Part shown: positions 1-9,441 of the stretch, piece by piece
Numbering within the stretch: position 1 is the first letter of the stretch
Layout: the number at the start of each line of letters is the position of its first letter
IMG/VR virus record: IMGVR_UViG_3300012933_000221
Coordinates: 7,911-71,910 of that record
DNA length: 64,000 bases
Reading direction: 5' to 3' (one strand)
From: a virus
Made by a program: the position numbers and the translations under genes
Notes under the pieces: model-generated
Databases searched by the model: none
Seen by the model: only the letters and a program-made list of their open reading frames with translations
Told to the model about the DNA's origin: nothing

Positions 1-1378
1 AGAAGACTTTACTGACACAGCCAAAGGCACACGCATTAACTTCTGGACAACTCCAGAAGGACAAATTACTCCTCAGAACGTAGCAAGTATCAATTCAGTA
101 GGCCTCATCGCTACTGGTATTCAATTTAGCGGTGATGACTCACTACAAACTACCGCCGGCATTCCCTTAACAGAAAAAGCTATCGCTGATGCTCCTTATG
201 TAGCTACACTAGGCGACGATGGCAAACTAGATGCTAGTCAAATCCCAACCAGCTTAACTGGTGCTGTGGTATTTAAGGGCGTATGGAACGCTAACACTAA
301 CACACCTACACTGAGCGACACATTGCCAGCAGGTGTTGAAACAGGTTGGGAATACGTAGTATCCGATACAGGAACACGTGACATTGGTGATGGCAGTCAA
401 ATATATACTCAAGGTGACTTTGTTATATTTGACGGCACACATTGGAAAGTTGTTCGTGGTGCTAATGCTTTCGTAAGTTTAACAGGTGGCGGCGGCATCA
501 CAGTTAGCCAATCAACTGGTGCTATCACATTAGGCAGCACAGCTACACCGTTGTCTAATGTCAGCACTATAGTCAGCCGTGATTCTAGTGGCAACTTTGC
601 TGCCAATGTAATTACAGCTAACTTAACTGGCGCAGTCACAGGCACAGTGTCGGGTAATGCTGGCACAGTGACTAACGGTGTTTACACCATTGGCTCACAA
701 AGTATTGGTGGCACTAAGACATTCACAAGCACTATTGTTGGTAGCATAAACGGTAATGCTGGTACAGTCACAAACGGCGTTTATACAACTGACACTGGCA
801 CAGTGACCAACACTATGCTTGCTGGATCAATTGCCAACGCAAAACTAACTAACAGCTCAGTCACAGTAAATGGAACCAGCATAGCATTAGGTGCTAGTGC
901 TACAGTTACAGCGGCTGCTGGCACATTAACTGGCACAACATTGAACGCAACTGTAGTCACTAGTAGTTTGACTACAGTAGGCACACTAACTAACTTGGCT
1001 ATTGCTACAGGCGGAACTATTACCACTCCGCGAGTTGTGATCAACGATGGTGGTATTAGAACAGTTAGTGGTGGCACAACATTAACTATTGACTTTGCTA
1101 CGGACAGTATCATATTATGGACAGCACCAACTGGCACCGCAGTTATCACACTGAGCAACTACACAGCAGGAGCACAGGTTAAACTGATTATTGCTCTAAC
1201 AACCACTCGTGATATTACATTTGGTGTAGCAGGTGTGGCTAATAGTTCAACAGGTTCTGACAACTGGAATGGAGCAGGCGGCGGAGCAATTGACATTGCC
1301 AACACCGCAGTTCATCTTGAATACACTTGTATCACAGCCTTGGCAGCAGGATGTTATGTTAAAGTCACAGCAAACTAA
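1..1378 (+). CDS. Tail fibre protein, C-terminal part (5' end lies outside the window)
   Basis: The frame is open from position 2 with no stop. The product is Gly/Thr/Asn-rich with repeated NAGTVTNGVYT-type segments typical of phage fibre shafts. It ends with TAA at 1376-1378. Confidence 0.6.
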   Translation, partial: EDFTDTAKGTRINFWTTPEGQITPQNVASINSVGLIATGIQFSGDDSLQTTAGIPLTEKAIADAPYVATLGDDGKLDASQIPTSLTGAVVFKGVWNANTNTPTLSDTLPAGVETGWEYVVSDTGTRDIGDGSQIYTQGDFVIFDGTHWKVVRGANAFVSLTGGGGITVSQSTGAITLGSTATPLSNVSTIVSRDSSGNFAANVITANLTGAVTGTVSGNAGTVTNGVYTIGSQSIGGTKTFTSTIVGSINGNAGTVTNGVYTTDTGTVTNTMLAGSIANAKLTNSSVTVNGTSIALGASATVTAAAGTLTGTTLNATVVTSSLTTVGTLTNLAIATGGTITTPRVVINDGGIRTVSGGTTLTIDFATDSIILWTAPTGTAVITLSNYTAGAQVKLIIALTTTRDITFGVAGVANSSTGSDNWNGAGGGAIDIANTAVHLEYTCITALAAGCYVKVTAN

Positions 1379-1390
1379 GATAAGTACAAT

Positions 1391-1795
1391 ATGAAAGTAA
1401 CAGAAATCTTAACAGAAGGCTTGCAAAAGCGTGATACCTATCAAATCCTGCTAGGGTTTATCGAGTTTGCCGCTCGTAGTCTTGAGCTTAACACATTACC
1501 AAAATTTGATTTTATTTTTAACAGCGACCGAAGTGTTGAGAATAAAAGCTTTGGTGGTTACGGGTCAGAACATATTATTATCACAGTTGCCAATCGTCAC
1601 ATTATGGATGTGTGCCGTACACTAGCTCACGAACTAGTTCACTTTAAACAAGACCTAAACGACCAACTAACGGGTGAAAATCCGGGCGCTACTGGTAGTC
1701 CTCAAGAGAATGAGGCTAATGCAGAAGCCGCAGTTATTATGCGTAACTGGGGCAAGAAGCACCCGGAGTTGTTTAGTAAAGAATCTATTAGTTAA
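1391..1795 (+). CDS. SprT-like / HExxH zinc metallopeptidase-like protein (134 aa)
   Basis: Motif TLAHELVHFKQD (HExxH). A same-length paralogue lies at 46034..46438 with motif TLAHEMVHVRQM. Confidence 0.4.
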   Translation: MKVTEILTEGLQKRDTYQILLGFIEFAARSLELNTLPKFDFIFNSDRSVENKSFGGYGSEHIIITVANRHIMDVCRTLAHELVHFKQDLNDQLTGENPGATGSPQENEANAEAAVIMRNWGKKHPELFSKESIS

Positions 1796-2151
1796 GCGTA
1801 CAGCTCTCGGTGCTTGAGCATTGCTAGCTGTCTAGCCAAAAACAATTTCCAACGAACTTCTTCACTGATATCGTCCTCGTGTTCTATCTTGTTTAGATCA
1901 CGTCGACGGTAGCCTGTAGCAATGTCATCTGTTTGTACAAAGTCATCGTCATTGTCGTCTATGCCAAATGGAACAGCACGTTGAACTTTACTTTTTACAA
2001 TCCGCTTGTTCTTTGCATGGACCCGAACGTTTTGTATCGCAGTCTGCGGTTGGGCAACGGAGACTGAATTCTTCGTAGTACTCTCTTTCCCATTTGCCTG
2101 GCTTAATGTTATCATTAGCATGACAATCAGGGTGCTTATAAAGCGTTTCAT
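1792..2151 (-). CDS. Secreted hypothetical protein
   Basis: N-terminus MKRFISTLIVMLMITLSQANG looks like a signal peptide. The overlapping ORFs 1988..2170 and 2006..2227 are less likely. Confidence 0.35.
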   Translation of the reverse strand: MKRFISTLIVMLMITLSQANGKESTTKNSVSVAQPQTAIQNVRVHAKNKRIVKSKVQRAVPFGIDDNDDDFVQTDDIATGYRRRDLNKIEHEDDISEEVRWKLFLARQLAMLKHRELYA

Positions 2152-2240
2152 TTCGTGTCCTCATCAACATAATATGTTCCTTTTAAAGGGCATATATATA
2201 CAACGCCTTAGCACAGCGTTTCGTTGACATACTTTGAACA

Positions 2241-2262
2241 AATAAAAAGGGCCCGTAGGCCC
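2241..2262 (-). terminator. Rho-independent terminator (minus strand)
   Basis: Hairpin GGGCC-cgta-GGCCC. On the minus strand it is followed by TTTTTATT. Confidence 0.5.
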
Positions 2263-2299
2263 TAGTGAATGTTACGCTATTCTGGCGAAAAAGCTATGC

Positions 2300-2566
2300 T
2301 TACTTCTTTGAGCCCGCATTTACGAACCCGTAGAACTTTTCAGCAGCTTCCAAGATTTTATCCATTCCTGGAAATTCTGGCATTGCTACTGTGCTAACAA
2401 TTTGACCGGTTTTCTCGTCCTTCTGAGCAGTCATCTGCCAACCTGCAACTTTGACTTGGTAGTCTTGCATAACAACATCTTTAGCCATAGCTAGGATGTC
2501 TGAACGGATTTCGTAGCCATTCTTGTTGAATTTAACTTCTGGTAGTTTTGGAGCTTCGTATGACAT
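2300..2566 (-). CDS. Hypothetical protein
   Basis: Internal ATG with an AAGG Shine-Dalgarno (SD). It sits 4 nt downstream of the stop of the upstream minus-strand gene. Confidence 0.35.
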   Translation of the reverse strand: MSYEAPKLPEVKFNKNGYEIRSDILAMAKDVVMQDYQVKVAGWQMTAQKDEKTGQIVSTVAMPEFPGMDKILEAAEKFYGFVNAGSKK

Positions 2567-2570
2567 GATA

Positions 2571-2777
2571 TTAAGCCTTCTTGTAAAATGCGTTCGATGC
2601 ATTCTTGGTGAATGCAGTAGCGATTGCAAGGCTTGCTTCGACCGCAGTCTTAGTAGCGGCTGCTTGTGCGTCAATTAGCTTGGTTAGCTCTGCTTTGAAC
2701 GTTGCGTCAACTGGCAATGCAGTAACGAATGTCTTTTTGCTAGTCTGGATAGCGTCGATAATTTGATTGTGAAACAT
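2571..2777 (-). CDS. Hypothetical Ala-rich protein
   Basis: ORF of 68 aa in tandem with 2300..2566 on the minus strand. Confidence 0.35.
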   Translation of the reverse strand: MFHNQIIDAIQTSKKTFVTALPVDATFKAELTKLIDAQAAATKTAVEASLAIATAFTKNASNAFYKKA

Positions 2778-2847
2778 TTTAATCTCCTGTGTGTTAATGT
2801 TTGTGTGTTACAATGTCTTTGCAACATTGTTTATTATATAGCCTCTT

Positions 2848-3408
2848 TCACTTAAAAGCAACAAATTTAGGCATTCTTTTGCCCCAATAGTCCATGACTG
2901 CTAGGTTGCTGTCAGTGGCTTCGTCTACGAAAGTTTTTATACTCGGGTTGCTCAACTCAATGCTAGCTTGTGTTTCTCCATACTCACTAGTCATCTGGAT
3001 ACCGTACTTCTTACATAGGTGTCGAATGACGCTGTTAGTGCTCAAACACACCATACTGCCATGAAGGAAGTCGTGTGTTCTGCACCATTGGATAGCACGT
3101 TTCATAAGGTAATTGCCCATGCCCTGCCCTTGGTAGCCCTTGAGTACACTGAATGCCAGTTCCATATTGTGCTCTTCGTCGATCGCAATATGACCAACGG
3201 CGATAAAGTCTAAGTCATCGTTTTCGATAGCAAACAGAATGTTATGCTCGTGATCCGCTTCCCACTTATCACATAAGTCATCAATGACTTCATCGCTTAG
3301 TGGATTGGCAAATCGCAACGTCTTACTGTCGCGATCCAATGCTTTCAAATGTTTACGGTACTTCGGATATTCGTGTGGAAGTACTCTACGAACCGTACTG
3401 TATGGCAT
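2848..3408 (-). CDS. GNAT family N-acetyltransferase
   Basis: GNAT motif A, QGQGMGNYLMKRAI, in a 186-aa ORF. Confidence 0.6.
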   Translation of the reverse strand: MPYSTVRRVLPHEYPKYRKHLKALDRDSKTLRFANPLSDEVIDDLCDKWEADHEHNILFAIENDDLDFIAVGHIAIDEEHNMELAFSVLKGYQGQGMGNYLMKRAIQWCRTHDFLHGSMVCLSTNSVIRHLCKKYGIQMTSEYGETQASIELSNPSIKTFVDEATDSNLAVMDYWGKRMPKFVAFK

Positions 3409-3612
3409 ATTAGTCTCTGATAGTTAGTTGGGCAGTTTTATAGTCGCCCATTCTAGCAAAATGACAAGCTAGTGAAGCCTTTTGCATTGACTGGAAAAAG
3501 TCTACGATAAATTTAAACATGTTGTGTCCTTGTATGTATGTTTGTAGTCACTCATGGTTTCTACTAAGTATTTATTTCATTGTATGCTGCTCTGCAACAA
3601 AAGTCAAGAGAG

Positions 3613-3641
3613 TTGATTTTCATAAGTATAGATTGTATACT
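3613..3641 (+). promoter_or_regulatory. Sigma70-like promoter (TTGATT-17-TATACT)
   Basis: -35/-10 hexamers with a 17-bp spacer, about 30 bp upstream of the 3671 ATG, in the divergent region. Confidence 0.35.
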
Positions 3642-3670
3642 ACGATAAATACATTTGGAATTAAACATAT

Positions 3671-3928
3671 ATGCGTAAAAGTACCAGAAGCATTTTACAA
3701 GAACTAAGTGACTTAGGAGTCAAGCGTGACACCGATTTAATTATCGAGAGTCGCGGCTCTAACCTCATCGACAGCGCAGTTAACCTACTTAATTTAATTA
3801 GAGAAAACTACGATGTTGAAACAGCAGCCGAATTAGAACGTAGATTTCTAAACTCTATTAAGAGTGGCGACGGTACTAAATTCAAACGTGGTATCAAGCG
3901 CATCCAAGAAGGTAAAGATAATGGCTGA
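3671..3928 (+). CDS. Hypothetical protein
   Basis: ORF of 85 aa. Its stop overlaps the next start (ATGGCTGA). Confidence 0.4.
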   Translation: MRKSTRSILQELSDLGVKRDTDLIIESRGSNLIDSAVNLLNLIRENYDVETAAELERRFLNSIKSGDGTKFKRGIKRIQEGKDNG

Positions 3929-4718
3929 GAAAGGTAGTAAGATCTTCGGCGATACGGTACCGTTTCAAAAGAAGCACGCCGATGAGCTTAAGGCAAAGGT
4001 AGACAAGTATCTACACAAGTTAGGACTAGAATCTACTCTAGTTGGATCTACAAGTGATCCCGGACGTGATCCAGAAGAAGTTGCCAGTGACTTAGATACC
4101 ATGGTCGACTTAGACAGTATCATCCAAGCTCTCAATCCACAACTAAATTCAGCAGATAAAAAAGACACTGTTGAAAAAGCAGCAAGACGTTCTCTAGCAG
4201 CCGCACTTCAAGAACTTGGATTGCAAACATCACAAGCAGGTGTTAATGTATTTGTTCGAGTACCGTACGGCGCACATGCACATCAAGTTGACTTAGAGTG
4301 TATCCGCAAAGTAGGCAAAGTCAGCAGATATCATCAGCATAAAATCCCAAGAGGTAGTCCTTACAAAGGTGTTAGCAAACAGCTTATGCTTGCAGTGCTA
4401 GCCAAGCAAAAAGGCTACATGTACTCTGCATGGGAAGGGTTGTATGTTCGTACACCAGAAAACAAGAAAGGCGATCTAGTTGCAGATGACTGGGACGAGA
4501 TGGCTAAAGTACTACTTGGACCTAACGCATCAGGCGAAAACCTAAGCAGTGTAGAAGCTATTCTGCAGAGCTTGCCCGCAGATGAAGGTCAAGCCTTGCT
4601 AGCACACGTACAGCAAGATAAGAACTGGGTACAAAAACCAGTAGCTGAAAGCGTGTATAAAAACGCAGGCAAGCTGCAAGAGTGGTTTAAGGATATCTCT
4701 AAAAAAATACCTGATTGA
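3921..4718 (+). CDS. Hypothetical protein
   Basis: Start chosen at the ATG overlapping the upstream stop. Product is 265 aa. Confidence 0.45.
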   Translation: MAEKGSKIFGDTVPFQKKHADELKAKVDKYLHKLGLESTLVGSTSDPGRDPEEVASDLDTMVDLDSIIQALNPQLNSADKKDTVEKAARRSLAAALQELGLQTSQAGVNVFVRVPYGAHAHQVDLECIRKVGKVSRYHQHKIPRGSPYKGVSKQLMLAVLAKQKGYMYSAWEGLYVRTPENKKGDLVADDWDEMAKVLLGPNASGENLSSVEAILQSLPADEGQALLAHVQQDKNWVQKPVAESVYKNAGKLQEWFKDISKKIPD

Positions 4719-4801
4719 GACGGATTTTTTTAGATAGAGCTAAATATTATTACAAAGGCCTGCAAAGGGTAGGCCGCAAAGCATATTGAGGAGACATTAT
4801 T

Positions 4802-5194
4802 ATGCCATCACTATTAGGTACAGACGTAGCAGCTAACTACTTGAAGACACTTCCAAGCACACAATTTGGAACACGTCAACTTAGCGTTTTAAACATTGCA
4901 ATCGACGGCGTATTCGTAAGCCACGCAGATGCAAACAGCTTGTTCAGCAAGGCAGTTCGTGCATTGCAACAAACTGCTGAAGTTTGGGCAGTATTCACCC
5001 CAGTTGACGCAGGAACAGATAGCTTCAACGTTATCATTTCCGCTGATTCACAAACAACTGGTGACACACACGTTACCGGCGGTACTGACACTGGTTCAGG
5101 CTACGGCATCTTAGAAGCATCTATTGAAGCTGGTTGCGGCGTTGCTGCAACAGTAACAGCAGTTGCTGGTTTCGTTGCTCCATTCCGCGGTTAA
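4802..5194 (+). CDS. Hypothetical (possibly virion) protein
   Basis: ORF of 130 aa with a GAGGAG SD. A TAAATATT late-type motif lies upstream and a terminator follows. Confidence 0.4.
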   Translation: MPSLLGTDVAANYLKTLPSTQFGTRQLSVLNIAIDGVFVSHADANSLFSKAVRALQQTAEVWAVFTPVDAGTDSFNVIISADSQTTGDTHVTGGTDTGSGYGILEASIEAGCGVAATVTAVAGFVAPFRG

Positions 5195-5223
5195 TTAGTT
5201 TATTCTCAGGGATGGGAAGGGAG

Positions 5224-5251
5224 AGCCTCACTTTTATAGTGGGGCTTTTTT
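5224..5251 (+). terminator. Rho-independent terminator
   Basis: Hairpin AGCCTCAC / GTGGGGCT followed by TTTTTT. Confidence 0.55.
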
Positions 5252-5269
5252 ACGGCTGTTAAATATGCG

Positions 5270-5674
5270 ATGGAATATAGATTGTACACGCTCGCAGACA
5301 TTACTAATACTGGACAGTTTAAAACAGGCACTGGTCGCGAGTTAGAGAAGAACCAAGAACAAAATTTTAAAACTATATTGCAAACAATTGGATTAAGATC
5401 TAATGTGATATACAGCAGACCTCCTAAGTTACTTACAGGGTTTGGAATAGACTACGGGTTCGAGATGAAGGATGAAGTTAACATTTGGTGCTTTGACTTT
5501 AGCACAGAACGAGACGATATCTGGTTAGAGAACGGTGATCAGTTAGCACTGCTACAGGTAGACTTTGAGTTAGTGCCTTTTATCACAGAACTTACTGAAA
5601 GCATTGCGCTACAGCCAGCAGTATTTCAACCATTAGGTGAAGGTAGAAATATTGTATTTGAAGTACTAACATAA
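5270..5674 (+). CDS. Hypothetical protein
   Basis: ORF of 134 aa. A TTAAATAT motif lies just upstream. Confidence 0.4.
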   Translation: MEYRLYTLADITNTGQFKTGTGRELEKNQEQNFKTILQTIGLRSNVIYSRPPKLLTGFGIDYGFEMKDEVNIWCFDFSTERDDIWLENGDQLALLQVDFELVPFITELTESIALQPAVFQPLGEGRNIVFEVLT

Positions 5675-5756
5675 ATATAATGTACAATTTTAGGCACATC
5701 ATTAAGGCATCTTTACACATTCGATTAAGTCGAATCATATCCTAAGGAATTGCCTC

Positions 5757-6029
5757 ATGGCCACATCAAACGAAAAAATAGCAGTATTAGAGACTGAGTT
5801 TAAGAATCTTAAAGACGACCTAAAAGACATCCGAGTTGATGTTAAAGAAATGTCAACTGCGCTAGTTGAGAAACTAGACGAAATGGAAAAAGGTGCTAAG
5901 GCAGCACACAAGGATCTAGGCGAGCGACTAGAAGTTATCGAAAGATGGCGCTGGTGGCTAATGGGCGTTGGTGTAGCAGTAGGCTACATTGCCAGTCACT
6001 TTAAAACAATACAATCAGTTTTCGGATAA
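5757..6029 (+). CDS. Coiled-coil protein with a C-terminal TM helix
   Basis: Charged heptad-like N-terminus and a hydrophobic WRWWLMGVGVAVGYIASHF C-terminus. Confidence 0.4.
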   Translation: MATSNEKIAVLETEFKNLKDDLKDIRVDVKEMSTALVEKLDEMEKGAKAAHKDLGERLEVIERWRWWLMGVGVAVGYIASHFKTIQSVFG

Positions 6030-6031
6030 TT

Positions 6032-6733
6032 ATGCGAGTTACAGAGCTGTCAGTAAAGCCTATATCATATCACGACACTCTAAATCCGGTTCTATGGAAC
6101 GGAAACAAGTTAGACACGCAAGTTCGCTATAAGCTAATGCTTATTGCCAAACACTTCGCAGATTTTCTCAACGTACCACAACTTAATCTAAGAGACATTA
6201 CACTTAGCGGATCAAATGCCAGCTACGGATACTCAGAGTATTCAGATGTTGACCTGCATCTAGTAGCAGACATTCCGGAAGATCGCCCTGAGATAGCAGA
6301 ACTATACGCTGCAAAGAAGAATCAATACAACACAACTTACGATATTAAAATCAAAGGTATCGATGTAGAATTATACGTACAAGACAGTACGCAAACACAT
6401 CACTCAGCAGGCATCTATTCTGTACTTAACGACACATGGATAAGCGAGCCAAAGCATTCAGCGCCGCGAGTAAGCGATCAAGAAGTTAAGAGCAAGGCTC
6501 GCAATTATGCAGGGCGTATCAATCAAGCCCTAAGATCAAAAGACTTAAATACTGCAAGAGAGACAATGGATAACATCCGTCGATTACGCCAAGCGGGATT
6601 AGAAGCTGGCGGTGAAAACTCCGTTGAGAACTTAGCATTTAAACTGTTAAGAAGTCGTGGACAGATTGACAAGTTATACAGTTTTATAAACAAATTACAA
6701 AGTGCTGAGTTAAGCATCGGAGAACAAAAATGA
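6032..6733 (+). CDS. Nucleotidyltransferase-fold protein
   Basis: LSGSNASYGYSEYSDVDLHLV fits the Pol-beta-type NTase motif GS-x9-DxD. Confidence 0.45.
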   Translation: MRVTELSVKPISYHDTLNPVLWNGNKLDTQVRYKLMLIAKHFADFLNVPQLNLRDITLSGSNASYGYSEYSDVDLHLVADIPEDRPEIAELYAAKKNQYNTTYDIKIKGIDVELYVQDSTQTHHSAGIYSVLNDTWISEPKHSAPRVSDQEVKSKARNYAGRINQALRSKDLNTARETMDNIRRLRQAGLEAGGENSVENLAFKLLRSRGQIDKLYSFINKLQSAELSIGEQK

Positions 6734-7770
6734 AAGTAAATCAAATCGTTAACGAACATAAGAAGGGCGTTCGTGCTATGAAATATGGCAAGAAGACTAA
6801 AGGTGCTGTTCCAGTATACGGTCCTGATGCTAACAACGCAAAACTAAAACCCGTTAAGCCAACGGGCACAATTAGCGAAGAAGCTAAGATTACTAAGACT
6901 GGCCCCGACGGTGTAGAAATTACAGCAGACACTGGAATTAAAACTACGTTGCCGGCAGACAAGGCGGCGGCATTGCAGCCGGATCCACAGAACCCTAACG
7001 AATATGATTTAAATCCAGCAGCAACTGCTCCGACAGGTGGAGACATGGCTGGCCCTAAAGTCGGCGCCAATGTAGAAATTAAGACAGCAGAAGATACAGG
7101 CAGTGTACAAACAATTCCTACACAAGAATTTGTTAAAGGTGTTTATAGCATTGCAGCAGAATACAAAGGCGAAGCTCCTAACCCAGAAGAAGTTAAGAAG
7201 TTAATGGTCTTAGCACCTAACGGCGAAGTCGACGTAGAGAAAACTTTTACTAAGATCTATGCTGCCTTCCAAGCTAGCATTCCGCAAATTGAACAAATGA
7301 TTAAAGAGATAGATGCTCTTATTAATAGTCCAGAGGGGCAAGCTGCAATGGCAAACCAAGCTCCAGAAGTTAACCCAGAATTAACACGTATCCGAGAGTT
7401 GTCTGGTATGACTGATGAAGATACAGTAAGCCCAAGATTCAACGGTTATCAGCAAACAGCGCACGACAACGGCGACACAACTGACGATTATTCAGCAGGT
7501 CCAGTGTCACTTAAAACTCGCAAGGATGCAAAAGGAAACACAGTATCGACAGATGCTCAATATGAGTTAGGCCCAAATACAATTAATATGAATCAGAACC
7601 AAGTTGGCGTTAAGACCATTGGTGCTACTGGTCCACAAGCAGATCAGTTTGTTGGCACTGATGCTAGTGCAAGACGTTTAGGTGTTGATCCATCTAAAGT
7701 ACAACGTCAACTTGCAGTTAAAGAAAATGCAGAACTTACTGCTATGTTAACTATCGCCGGTTTACGATGA
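6730..7770 (+). CDS. Hypothetical protein (possible virion-internal protein), C-terminus IAGLR
   Basis: Product of 346 aa, overlapping ATGA start/stop couplings. N-terminus MKVNQIVNE and C-terminus ...TIAGLR are shared with neighbouring ORFs. Confidence 0.5.
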   Translation: MKVNQIVNEHKKGVRAMKYGKKTKGAVPVYGPDANNAKLKPVKPTGTISEEAKITKTGPDGVEITADTGIKTTLPADKAAALQPDPQNPNEYDLNPAATAPTGGDMAGPKVGANVEIKTAEDTGSVQTIPTQEFVKGVYSIAAEYKGEAPNPEEVKKLMVLAPNGEVDVEKTFTKIYAAFQASIPQIEQMIKEIDALINSPEGQAAMANQAPEVNPELTRIRELSGMTDEDTVSPRFNGYQQTAHDNGDTTDDYSAGPVSLKTRKDAKGNTVSTDAQYELGPNTINMNQNQVGVKTIGATGPQADQFVGTDASARRLGVDPSKVQRQLAVKENAELTAMLTIAGLR

Positions 7771-8753
7771 AAGTATTTGAAGTAACTAGTCCAAGAAGCG
7801 GCGGCGATGTTCAATACCAGCCAGTAGTTGATAAGGGTCCTAAGACTCCTGAAGAACTAGCTGCTATTAATGCGCAACGTGCAGCATCGGGCGAACAAGC
7901 TGCTGATGTTGCTGACTATAATGCAAGACAGGCCAGCGGACTATATGCTCAATCGCCTAAGTCAGTTCAACAGACCACTGCACCAGTTACTCCTACTGCA
8001 CCAGTTACTCCAACTCCACTAGCAGCACCGCAAGTAGCAGCGCCTGCTAAACGACAATGGGGCACAGGGGTACTTGGTCTCGGCAGTCAAGGCCCAGAGG
8101 TAGAAGCATTGCAGCGCCGCCTTGGTATTCCTGCAGATGGCAAGTACGGACCACAAACAAAAGAAGCAGTTATTGCACTTCAAAAGAAGATTGGCGTTAC
8201 CCCTGACGGAGCTTACGGACCAAAGACTAAAGCTGCTGATAGTAAGCAGATGCCTGCCTTACCTGGCTCAAAGCCTGCACCAGAAATTGATCTAGCAGTA
8301 CAACCTAAACCTACAGTTAAACCTGCAAGAGATAACGTTGCTCAAGCAAATGCATATATGGATCAGCAAAGTGCAGCAGCTGATCAAAAATGGGCTGATA
8401 ATCGTGCAAGAAGATCAGCAGCACGACAACGATCAGATAACGCAAATGCAACTGTAGATGCAGAATTAGCAGCAATGGATAAAGCGACTGCTGGAATAAA
8501 AGCTGGAACACAGTTACCAACAGCTCCGAAGTTTAGAATAGAAAAATCTACGTATGCACCAATCCAAGGACAGGCTCAGCCACCAAGCTATACTGTCACT
8601 GACATCGAACGTGGTGTGCAAGTGTTTACAGGCAAAAGCGATAAGGAAGCTATGAATTATGTTAACCAGAATGACCCAGCCGGTGCTGCACAAACAGGCA
8701 TAACAGCTAACGAGTCGCTTGATAGAATACTACAAATAGCAGGCCTAAGATGA
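7767..8753 (+). CDS. Peptidoglycan-binding domain protein, C-terminus IAGLR
   Basis: Two PG_binding_1-like repeats: LQRRLGIPADGKYGPQTKEAV and LQKKIGVTPDGAYGPKTK. The C-terminus is ...QIAGLR. Confidence 0.55.
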   Translation: MKVFEVTSPRSGGDVQYQPVVDKGPKTPEELAAINAQRAASGEQAADVADYNARQASGLYAQSPKSVQQTTAPVTPTAPVTPTPLAAPQVAAPAKRQWGTGVLGLGSQGPEVEALQRRLGIPADGKYGPQTKEAVIALQKKIGVTPDGAYGPKTKAADSKQMPALPGSKPAPEIDLAVQPKPTVKPARDNVAQANAYMDQQSAAADQKWADNRARRSAARQRSDNANATVDAELAAMDKATAGIKAGTQLPTAPKFRIEKSTYAPIQGQAQPPSYTVTDIERGVQVFTGKSDKEAMNYVNQNDPAGAAQTGITANESLDRILQIAGLR

Positions 8754-8956
8754 AAATCAATGAATTGATCAACGAGTTCCAAATTTGGACTACTAATGAA
8801 GAAGCAGACTTGCTGAAGCGATTGAGCAAGCCTGTAAAGATCTCTCAACTTGACGAGCATGATCAGTTCAGGATTCAGGCCATGATCCGCAAGAGTTTGG
8901 TAACTAAAGTAGGACACATAGATCCTAGCGTAGTTGCAAATGACCAAACAAAATAA
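8750..8956 (+). CDS. Hypothetical protein
   Basis: Product of 68 aa with N-terminus MKINELINE. Translationally coupled to the upstream gene. Confidence 0.4.
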   Translation: MKINELINEFQIWTTNEEADLLKRLSKPVKISQLDEHDQFRIQAMIRKSLVTKVGHIDPSVVANDQTK

Positions 8957-9413
8957 AAATACTAAGAAAAAATTCGTACCTAAGCCTAAGCTAGCTGAAC
9001 TAGCAGGACAGTTTGATATAGAGTTTAAAAAGCACGTTCAAGTAACGCTGTTAAAAAACGGAGCTGTTGGGTACAAAGATTTTGTTATCAAACAGAACAC
9101 TAATGAAAACTGGTGCATTTTTCATATAAGAAACTTGCAAGATTCAATAGGTGAGTTTAAACTTAAGACCTGTGCGCTACTAGCTGCAAAAGCATACAGC
9201 ACAACAAGTATTAATCACTTCATTGAAATACAAGATTTAGACAATAGATACTGGGCAAGTCATAGCGATATGCTAGTCTACAAGCGCATAATTAAGAAAC
9301 AAGTACCTCTAGATAGATATATAATACTACTAAACAAACTAGAAGACAGCGAAGTCAAAGAGCGCGAGTTAAAGCGCAAAATAACTTCATTGTTTCATAT
9401 GTCGTTTGCATAA
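8940..9413 (+). CDS. Hypothetical protein
   Basis: The ATG at 8940 is preferred over the TTG at 8934. Confidence 0.4.
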   Translation: MTKQNKNTKKKFVPKPKLAELAGQFDIEFKKHVQVTLLKNGAVGYKDFVIKQNTNENWCIFHIRNLQDSIGEFKLKTCALLAAKAYSTTSINHFIEIQDLDNRYWASHSDMLVYKRIIKKQVPLDRYIILLNKLEDSEVKERELKRKITSLFHMSFA

Positions 9414-9441
9414 ATACATACAAATAGCTTAGGAAGCCATC